Assembly (NCBI GenBank): GCA_016781135.1
Contig: JADDQY010000078.1
Location: forward strand, 246-64,245
Length of the DNA stretch: 64,000 nucleotides
Source of the DNA: Actinomycetota bacterium
GTDB taxonomy: Bacteria; Actinomycetota; Acidimicrobiia; Acidimicrobiales; CADCSY01
Reading direction: 5' to 3'
The translations under genes were made by a program, and so were the position numbers. Within the stretch, counting starts at the first letter, position 1; each line of letters starts with the position of its first letter. The notes beneath the pieces were generated by a model. The model was not told where the DNA came from, did not search any database, and worked only from the letters and a program-made list of their open reading frames with translations. This document shows positions 56,978-64,000 of the stretch, in pieces.

Positions 56978-59011
56978 ATGGCACCGGGAGGCGATGGCGT
57001 CGCCGTCAGTAGCCTCGACTGGGTGAACCGCCTCGCCGACGAGACAAGCCCGTATCTGCGCCAGCACGCCGACAACCCTGTGGACTGGTACCCCTGGGGC
57101 GAGGAAGCCTTCGACCGGGCTCGGCGCGAGGACCGCCCCGTCCTGCTCTCGGTCGGATACTCGGCCTGCCACTGGTGCCATGTCATGGCTCACGAGTCGT
57201 TCGAGGACCCGGAGACGGCCCAGGTGATGAACGAGCTGTTCGTCAACGTCAAGGTCGACCGGGAGGAGCGGCCCGACGTCGATGCCGTCTACATGGACGC
57301 GGTGCAGGCCATGCAGGGCCACGGGGGCTGGCCGATGACGGTCTTCCTCACCCCCGAGGGGCGGCCGTTCTACGGCGGCACCTACTACCCCCGGCACCGC
57401 CGGGCCGGCCTCCCCGGCTTCGTGGAGCTGTGCCGGGCGGTCGACGACACCTGGCGAAACCGCCGTCAGGAGCTGGAGGGTCAAGCCGAGCGCATGACCG
57501 AGGCCCTGCGCCAGTCGGTGCTGGTGGCCGGTGACGGCGACGCGCTTCCCGGTGCCGACCTCGTTGCCGAGGCCGCCGCCGGCCTGTCGGCCCAGTTCGA
57601 CCGCGAGTGGGGCGGGTTCGGGGGCGCACCGAAGTTCCCTCAGACCATGAGCCACGAGGTGCTGCTGCGCAGCTTCAGCCGGTCGGCCGACCCCGACGAG
57701 CTGGCCATCGTCACCACCTCGCTCGACGCCATGGCCTCAGGAGGGATCTACGACCACCTCGGGGGCGGCTTCGCCCGCTACTCGGTCGACGCCTTCTGGA
57801 TGGTGCCCCACTTCGAGAAGATGCTCTACGACCAGGCGCTGCTCGCCCGGGTCTACCTCCACGCCTGGCAGATCACCGGCGAGGCTCGCTATCGCCAGGT
57901 CCTCGACGAGACCGTTTGCTACGTGCTGCGGGACCTGCGGGCACCGGGCGGCGGCTGCTACTCCGCCGAGGACGCCGACTCCGAGGGCGAGGAGGGCCGC
58001 TTCTACGTGTGGCGCCCGGAGGAGATCCGGGAGGTGTGCGGTGACGACGCCGACGCCGCCATCGGCTGGTACGGCGTGACCCCCGCCGGCAACTTCGAGG
58101 GCGCCAACATCCTCCACCGCCCGGTGCGGGGCGACCTCGAACGACCCGAAGCGGTGGAGCGGGCCCGCCAAGCTCTTTTCGAGGCGCGGGAGCAGCGGGT
58201 GCGCCCGGGCCTCGACGACAAGGTCCTCACCGAGTGGAACGGCTTGTTCCTCGCCACGCTGGCCGAGGCGGCAGCGGCCACCGGCAATGACGACTGGCGC
58301 TCGGCCGCGGTCGAGCTCGCCGAGTTCCTGGTCGCCAACCTTCGTCGGGAGGACGGCCGCTGGCTGCGCTCCTGGCACGCCGAGGCCGGGAACGGGGCGA
58401 CGCGGCTGTTGGGCTTCGCCGCCGACCACGCCGCCCTGGTCGACGGGTTCACCCGCCTGGCTGAGTTCACCGGCGAGGCCCGTTGGGTGGATGAGGCCCG
58501 CAGCACCGCCGATGCCCTCCTCACCTTGTTCTGGGACGACAAGCAGGGCGGGGTGTTCACCACCGGACACGACGCCGAGACCCTCGTGGCCCGCCAGAAG
58601 GACCTCCTCGACAACGCCACGCCGTCGGCGAACGGAGCCAGCGCGTTGTCGTTGGCCCGCCTCGCCGCCCTCACCGGCCACGACCGCTACCGCCGGGCGG
58701 CGGAGGACATCGTGCGCCTACTGGCCCGCTCCGCCGGTGCCCACCCCACTGCCTTCGCCCACCTCCTCGCCGCCGTCGACGTGCTCGCCGGCCCGGTCAC
58801 CGAGGTGGCGGTGGTCGGCGAGCGACCCGACCTGGTGGAGGTCGTCCAGCGCCGATTCCTGCCCCGCACCGTGCTCGCGTGGGGCGAGCCGTACCCGTCG
58901 CCGCTGTGGGAAGGCCGCGAGCCGGGCCGGGCCTACGTGTGCCAGGGCTTCGCCTGCCAGCGACCGGCGACCACAGTCGAGGACCTCGAGGCCCAGCTCG
59001 ACCCCGCCTGA
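56978..59011 (+). CDS. thioredoxin-domain protein of the DUF255/YyaL family
   Basis: [18 protein letters not shown] and [11 protein letters not shown], followed by an (alpha/alpha)6-type region. The start could be GTG 57023. Confidence 0.9.
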   Translation: MAPGGDGVAVSSLDWVNRLADETSPYLRQHADNPVDWYPWGEEAFDRARREDRPVLLSVGYSACHWCHVMAHESFEDPETAQVMNELFVNVKVDREERPDVDAVYMDAVQAMQGHGGWPMTVFLTPEGRPFYGGTYYPRHRRAGLPGFVELCRAVDDTWRNRRQELEGQAERMTEALRQSVLVAGDGDALPGADLVAEAAAGLSAQFDREWGGFGGAPKFPQTMSHEVLLRSFSRSADPDELAIVTTSLDAMASGGIYDHLGGGFARYSVDAFWMVPHFEKMLYDQALLARVYLHAWQITGEARYRQVLDETVCYVLRDLRAPGGGCYSAEDADSEGEEGRFYVWRPEEIREVCGDDADAAIGWYGVTPAGNFEGANILHRPVRGDLERPEAVERARQALFEAREQRVRPGLDDKVLTEWNGLFLATLAEAAAATGNDDWRSAAVELAEFLVANLRREDGRWLRSWHAEAGNGATRLLGFAADHAALVDGFTRLAEFTGEARWVDEARSTADALLTLFWDDKQGGVFTTGHDAETLVARQKDLLDNATPSANGASALSLARLAALTGHDRYRRAAEDIVRLLARSAGAHPTAFAHLLAAVDVLAGPVTEVAVVGERPDLVEVVQRRFLPRTVLAWGEPYPSPLWEGREPGRAYVCQGFACQRPATTVEDLEAQLDPA

Positions 59012-59043
59012 GAGCTCCCGCTCCGGTGAGAGGCCGGCCGGGT

Positions 59044-59640
59044 TCACCAGTGGCCGCGGTGGACCACGTCGTGGAGCGGGCGCCGGGGACGGGTGGACGA
59101 CTGCCCGGGCTCGTCTTGGGTGGGGTGGCCGAGGGCGACGGTGGCGAGGGCCAGGCGGTCGTCGGGCACGCCGAAGGCGGGGAGCACCGACCCGGGGTGC
59201 TCGGTGGTGAACAGCAGCGCGCCGAGGCCCTCGTCGACGGCGGCGAGCAACAGCAGCATGGCCGCCATCCCCCCGTCCACCCACCACCACGGGACCAACC
59301 AGACGTCGGGACCGCCGGCGCCCGATGAGGTCTTGTCGGCCTCGCCGTAGCGGGCGTGGTAGGCCGACGGCGAGGTCAGCACCACCACCAGCACCGGGGC
59401 GGCCAGCAGCCTCGGCCAGCGGAACCTTGCCCGCCGCTGCGGATCGGCCAGAGCCAGGTCCCAGTAGCGGCCGGTCTGCTCGGCGCCCTCCAGCACCAGC
59501 AGGTCGACGCCCTGGGCGAAGCCGGCCGACGGCCCGCGGCGGGCGGCGTCGAGCACCCGGTCGATCACCTCGGGCGCGACCGGGCTCCCGTCGAAGCTAC
59601 GGACCATCCGCCGGCCGCGGATCGCCCAGCGCAGCTCCAC
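59044..59640 (-). CDS. nitroreductase-family protein
   Basis: AIRGRRMVRSF and RGPSAGFAQG are typical of the nitroreductase fold. Confidence 0.8.
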   Translation of the reverse strand: MELRWAIRGRRMVRSFDGSPVAPEVIDRVLDAARRGPSAGFAQGVDLLVLEGAEQTGRYWDLALADPQRRARFRWPRLLAAPVLVVVLTSPSAYHARYGEADKTSSGAGGPDVWLVPWWWVDGGMAAMLLLLAAVDEGLGALLFTTEHPGSVLPAFGVPDDRLALATVALGHPTQDEPGQSSTRPRRPLHDVVHRGHW

Positions 59641-59658
59641 GCCGGCGAACCGCGGAGC

Positions 59659-60333
59659 TCAGGCCAAGGTGGCGAGGTCTTCGGCCATGGCCCAACCAAA
59701 AGCGATGAGGCAACCTCCGTGGGCGATGTCCACGCCGTCGAAAAGGCCGCCCACGTCGGGGTCGACGGCAGCGGGGTCGACGCTCTCGTAGTCGAGCACG
59801 CACGACGGGAAACCGTCACCCTCGGCCACGAACTCCCGGTCTCGGTAGCCGGCGTCGACGCCGAAGCGCTTGGCCAGGCGCCGGCCCCAAGCCCGCTCCT
59901 CGCCCGTGGCCTTGTGGCCGGGCCGGGGCACGATGTCGTGGAGCTCGGTGAAGGCGGTGAACGCCTCGAACCCGGCGGGGTCGACCAGGCGGGTCCCGAC
60001 CAGCACGTCCTCGTCGGGGAAGGCAAGGACGGCCCGGCGGAGCTGGTCACCCATGATGGCGGCGAGCACGTCGTGGCGCTCGGCGGTGCGCTTCACCGAC
60101 GCCACCCCGATCAACACGCTGGGCGTCCCTCCGATGCGCTCGAGGGTGCAGAACGAGAAGCCCTGGAGGCCGTCGCCAGAGCGGGCCTGGGTGATGAGGA
60201 CCCACTCCTCCCGCTGCTTGGAGAGCATCCCGATGTCGATCTGGGCCGGTCCGTCGGTGCAGATGTCGGCCAGTTCGGCCAGCTCAGCGTCGCTCAGCGA
60301 CGTGCAGTCCTTGGTGTCGACGTCGATCGCCAT
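59659..60333 (-). CDS. hypothetical protein
   Basis: 224-aa ORF with good GC3, between dnaE and the nitroreductase gene on the same strand. No confident family assignment. Confidence 0.7.
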   Translation of the reverse strand: MAIDVDTKDCTSLSDAELAELADICTDGPAQIDIGMLSKQREEWVLITQARSGDGLQGFSFCTLERIGGTPSVLIGVASVKRTAERHDVLAAIMGDQLRRAVLAFPDEDVLVGTRLVDPAGFEAFTAFTELHDIVPRPGHKATGEERAWGRRLAKRFGVDAGYRDREFVAEGDGFPSCVLDYESVDPAAVDPDVGGLFDGVDIAHGGCLIAFGWAMAEDLATLA

Positions 60334-60415
60334 GTCGCCTCGATCCCCCGCTCTGCCTCCTCCTGACCCCCTCTAGTCCACAGGCTGAACCGCCTCCGGC
60401 GCAACTCCACGGCCC

Positions 60416-63400
60416 TCACGCGCCGACGTCGAGGACCTCGGGGCCGAAGTGGGCGAGCAGCTCGCCCCGCAGCCCGTTCGACTGGTCGACGGCGAACTCG
60501 GGGGCCAGCCGGACCTGGTGGCCCTCGACCCGCAGGTAGACCGGGGAGCGCCCGGGGTGGTCCAGCAGCAGCTCCTTCAGGGTGTGGAGGGCGGGCCCGT
60601 CGAAGACCCGCGGAGGAAGGTGCAGGTGCAGCGGCGGGGCGTCGGCGTGGACGACCTCGACCACGTTCACCTCCATGGCGATGATCTTGGCCGGCTCCTC
60701 ACGGGTGTCGAGCCGGCCCCGCACGCACACCACCGAATCCTCGGTCAACGCCGAGCCACACCCGGCCATCACCTTGGGGAACACCATGACCTCGATGGCC
60801 GCCTCGAGGTCCTCGAGGACGAAGATGGCCATGAGCTCACCCTTGCGGGTGTACTTGCGGGCGACGTTGGTCACCACCCCGCCGACGGCGCGGACCTCCC
60901 CGGTGTCGGGCGACTCCCGCAGCTCGGCGATGGTCACCTCGGCCCGCCGGCGAAGCACGTGCTCGACGCCCATCAGCGGATGGTCGCTGACGTAGAGCCC
61001 GAGCATCTCCTTCTCGAACGCCAGTCGCTGCATCTTGTCGAAGGCCAGGTCGGGGATCGGGATCCGCTCGTCGAACGCCGGGGAGGCGCTCCCATCCTCC
61101 GGATCGCCGAAGAGGCTCATCACCCCCTGCTGGCGCTCCCGCCGGCGGGCGAGGATCTGGTCGATGATCTGGTCCGCCACCGCCAGAAGCCCCCGGCGTT
61201 CGTGGCCCAGCGAGTCGAACGCACCCGCCTTGATGAGCGACTCGACCGCCCGCTTGTTCAGCACCAGGGGGTCGACCCGCTCGCAGAAGTCGTAGAAGTC
61301 ACGGAAGGCACCGCCTCGCTCCCGCTCGGCCAGGACGAGGGTCACCAGCCCCTCGCCGACGTTGCGGACGGCGGAGAGGCCGAAAGGGATGGCTGGGCCT
61401 TCGTCGTCGTCGTGGCGGGCGGTGAACACCGACTGCGACCGGTTGACGTCGGGCACGAGCACCTTGATCCCCAAGCGCCGGCATTCGCTGAGGTACACGG
61501 CCGAACGATCCTGGTCGTCCTTGACCGACGTGAGCAGCGCCGCCAGGTACTCCACCGGGTGGTGGGCCTTGAGGTAGGCGGTCTGGTAGGCGACCAAGCC
61601 GTAGCCGTAGGAGTGGCTCTTGTTGAAGGCATAGTCGGCAAAGGGCTCGATGATGTCGAACAACGCCGTTCCCAGCTCGGTGCCGTAGCCGTTGGCCTCG
61701 CAGCCGGCCACGAACTTCTGGCGCTCGAGGGCGATCATGGCCCGGATCTTCTTGCCACACGCCTTGCGGAGGTTGTCGGCCTCGGCCAGCGAGTAGCCGG
61801 CGAAGCGCTGGGCCACCCGCATGACCGACTCCTGGTAGATCATCAGCCCCTGGGTGTCGGCGAGGAGCGGCTCGAGGTCGGGGTGCAGGTAGGTGACGGG
61901 CTTGCGGCCGTTCTTGCGGTCGGCGTAGTCGTTGTGCATGTTGGCGGCCATCGGGCCCGGGCGATAGAGGGCCACCAGGGCGGCGACGTCGTCGAAGCTG
62001 GTGGGGGCCAGGCTGCGCATCAGCGCCCGCATGGGGCCGCCTTCGAGCTGGAACACCCCCGTGGAATCGCCCCGGCGAAGCAGCGACAGCGTCGCCTCGT
62101 CGTCGAGGGGGATGGCATCGAGGTCGACAAAGGTGCCCGACTCGCGCAGCACGGCCAGCGTGTCGGTGATCACGTCGAGGTTCCGCAGGCCGAGGAAGTC
62201 CATCTTCAACAGCCCGAGCGCCTCCACCCCGTGCATCTCGTACTGGGTGACGATCGGGGCCCCTTCGGGGTCGGTGCCGGCCTCGGGCTTGCGCTGGATG
62301 GGAAGGTACTCGGTGAGGTGCTCGTCGGTGATGACCACGGCGGCGGCGTGGATGCCGTCCTGGCGGCGCAGGCCCTCGAGGCCCTTGGCCACGTCGATCA
62401 CCCGCCGGGCGTCGGGGTCGAGCGCGTACATCTCCCGCAGCTCGGCGGCGGCGCGGTAGCCGCCGGCGTGGCGCTCGTCCTCCTCCAAGCACGCCCACAG
62501 CGGCGTGTCCCGGCCCATCACCAGAGGGGGCATGGCCTTGGCCACCTTGTCTCCCACGGCGTAGGGGTAGCCGAGCACCCGGGCGGCGTCGCGCACCGCC
62601 GCCCGAGCCTTGATCCTGGAGAAGGTGACGATCTGGGCCACCCGGTCGCGCCCGTAGCGCTCGGCGGCGTAGCGGATCATCTCGTCCCGGTAGCGGGAGT
62701 CGAAGTCCATGTCGATGTCGGGCATCTGGCGCCGGCCCGGGTTGAGGAAGCGCTCGAAGAGCAGGTCGTAGCGGATGGGATCGAGGTCGGTGATGCGCAG
62801 GCAGTAGGCCACGCAGCACCCGGCTGCGCTCCCCCGCCCTGGACCCACCCGGATCTCCCGCCGCCGGGCGTAGGCAATGAGGTCCCACACGATGAGGAAG
62901 TAGCTGGAGAACCCCATGTCGGCGATGACGCCGAGCTCGTAGTCGAGGCGCTGGCGCACCGCCTCGGGGAGGCTCCTGCCCCACCGCTCGGCGGCCCCCT
63001 GGTAGGTCAGGTGCCGCAGGTAGGCGGCGTCGTCGCTGAAGCCGGCCGGAAGCGGGAAGGACGGCAGCTTGGGCTTGCCGAACTCGATCTCCACCTCGGC
63101 CCGCTCGGCGATCCACAGCGTGTTGTCGCACGCCTCGGGGACCTCGGCGAACAGCGCCCGCATCTCGGCGCTGGTCTTGAGGTAGTGCTGGTCGCTCTCG
63201 AACTTGAACCGGTCGGGGTCGTCGATGGTGCTGCCGGTCTGGACGCACAGCAGGGCGTCGTGAGCCACGGCGTCGCTCTGGCAGGTGTAGTGACTGTCGT
63301 TGGTGGCGAGCACCGGCGCCCCGAGGCGCCCGGCGATGTCGATGAGTTGCGGGTTGGTGCGGCGCTGGTCGGCCAGACCGTGATCCTGGAGCTCGACGAA

Positions 63401-63985
63401 CAGCGAGTCACGCCCGAAGATGTCCTGGAGGCGCGCCGCTTTGGCGGTGGCCCCCTCGACGTCACCGCGCAGCAGCGCCTGGACCACGACCCCACCGAGG
63501 CACCCGGTGGTGGCGATGATGCCCCGGTGGTGCTCGACCAGCAGCTCCCAGTCGACCCGGGGCTTGTAGCAGTAGCCCTCGAGGTAGGCCCGGCTGGAGA
63601 GCTTGAGCAGGTTGCGGTAACCCTCGTCGTTCTCGGCCAGCAGGGTCAGGTGGTAGTAGAGCTTCTCGCCGCCGTCGCTGTCGCCGCCACCGTCGTCGAG
63701 CCGTCCCCGCCGCCGTGGCCGCTCATGACGGCTCTCGCCGGCCATGTACGCCTCGGTGCCGATGACCGGGGTGACGCCCGCCTTGCGGCACTCGGCGTAG
63801 AAGTCGAGGACGCCGTACATGTTGCCGTGGTCGGTGATGCCGAGAGCGGGCTGGCCGTCGGCGGCTGCCGCCGCCACCACCTCGGCCACTCGAGCGGCGC
63901 CATCGAGCATCGAGAACTCGGTGTGGGTGTGAAGGTGGGCAAAGCTGCTGGCCAAGACCGAACCTGCCTCCGCGCCGTCGTCCAC
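60416..63985 (-). CDS. dnaE: DNA polymerase III alpha subunit
   Basis: 1189 aa. PHP domain (HLHTHTEFSMLDG), polymerase core (PDIDMDF) and an OB-fold. GTG 63985; the start is uncertain by a few codons. Confidence 0.97.
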   Translation of the reverse strand: MDDGAEAGSVLASSFAHLHTHTEFSMLDGAARVAEVVAAAAADGQPALGITDHGNMYGVLDFYAECRKAGVTPVIGTEAYMAGESRHERPRRRGRLDDGGGDSDGGEKLYYHLTLLAENDEGYRNLLKLSSRAYLEGYCYKPRVDWELLVEHHRGIIATTGCLGGVVVQALLRGDVEGATAKAARLQDIFGRDSLFVELQDHGLADQRRTNPQLIDIAGRLGAPVLATNDSHYTCQSDAVAHDALLCVQTGSTIDDPDRFKFESDQHYLKTSAEMRALFAEVPEACDNTLWIAERAEVEIEFGKPKLPSFPLPAGFSDDAAYLRHLTYQGAAERWGRSLPEAVRQRLDYELGVIADMGFSSYFLIVWDLIAYARRREIRVGPGRGSAAGCCVAYCLRITDLDPIRYDLLFERFLNPGRRQMPDIDMDFDSRYRDEMIRYAAERYGRDRVAQIVTFSRIKARAAVRDAARVLGYPYAVGDKVAKAMPPLVMGRDTPLWACLEEDERHAGGYRAAAELREMYALDPDARRVIDVAKGLEGLRRQDGIHAAAVVITDEHLTEYLPIQRKPEAGTDPEGAPIVTQYEMHGVEALGLLKMDFLGLRNLDVITDTLAVLRESGTFVDLDAIPLDDEATLSLLRRGDSTGVFQLEGGPMRALMRSLAPTSFDDVAALVALYRPGPMAANMHNDYADRKNGRKPVTYLHPDLEPLLADTQGLMIYQESVMRVAQRFAGYSLAEADNLRKACGKKIRAMIALERQKFVAGCEANGYGTELGTALFDIIEPFADYAFNKSHSYGYGLVAYQTAYLKAHHPVEYLAALLTSVKDDQDRSAVYLSECRRLGIKVLVPDVNRSQSVFTARHDDDEGPAIPFGLSAVRNVGEGLVTLVLAERERGGAFRDFYDFCERVDPLVLNKRAVESLIKAGAFDSLGHERRGLLAVADQIIDQILARRRERQQGVMSLFGDPEDGSASPAFDERIPIPDLAFDKMQRLAFEKEMLGLYVSDHPLMGVEHVLRRRAEVTIAELRESPDTGEVRAVGGVVTNVARKYTRKGELMAIFVLEDLEAAIEVMVFPKVMAGCGSALTEDSVVCVRGRLDTREEPAKIIAMEVNVVEVVHADAPPLHLHLPPRVFDGPALHTLKELLLDHPGRSPVYLRVEGHQVRLAPEFAVDQSNGLRGELLAHFGPEVLDVGA

Positions 63986-64000
63986 AGCAGCTGTGGGTGC

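Overview
High-GC (about 70%) actinobacterial-type chromosome segment. An Actinomycetota origin is inferred from mshD, a mycothiol-type DinB enzyme, and the pdtaR-polA-rpsA-coaE and hisD..hisI-trpE neighbourhoods. I call about 68 CDS and one tRNA-Leu(CAA). I recognised no rRNA, CRISPR array, transposase, integrase or phage gene. Gene content, left to right: coaE (partial); an 8.4-kb Tad/Flp pilus block (cpaB, tadZ, tadA, tadB, tadC, GAF histidine kinase, NarL-type regulator, flp); rpsA, polA, pdtaR-like ANTAR regulator; DUF3105, MBL hydrolase, S1 protease; tRNA-Leu; fabD-fabH-fabG-acpP-fabF, with convergent fabZ-bcp; a divergent FtsH paralog with a lipoprotein and an acidic protein; a roughly 15.6-kb minus-strand his/trp block (hisDCBH, hsp20, hisA, ABC-F, hisF, hisI, trpE, ygfZ, lipoprotein, J-protein, trpC, trpF, trpB, trpA); nth, mshD, VIT1, rlmN; a menaquinone cluster (menG, menF, menD, menH, menA, menB, menE); redox and unknown genes; dnaE. 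Many adjacent genes share 4-nt GTGA or ATGA stop/start overlaps. Most of the window is core metabolism, and I cannot point to a clearly novel multi-gene system. The best candidates for follow-up are: (1) a 25-nt hairpin motif, with patchy flanking similarity, shared exactly between a gap inside the tad operon and the pdtaR-polA spacer, where it forms mutually exclusive hairpins; (2) FabD fused to a lysine-less biotinyl/lipoyl-like domain; (3) an FtsH paralog with extra TM segments and AAA insertions, abutting a lipoprotein gene; (4) a Tad-embedded kinase with a degenerate ATP-binding domain. Long ORFs antisense to or out of frame with the called genes are treated as high-GC artefacts.
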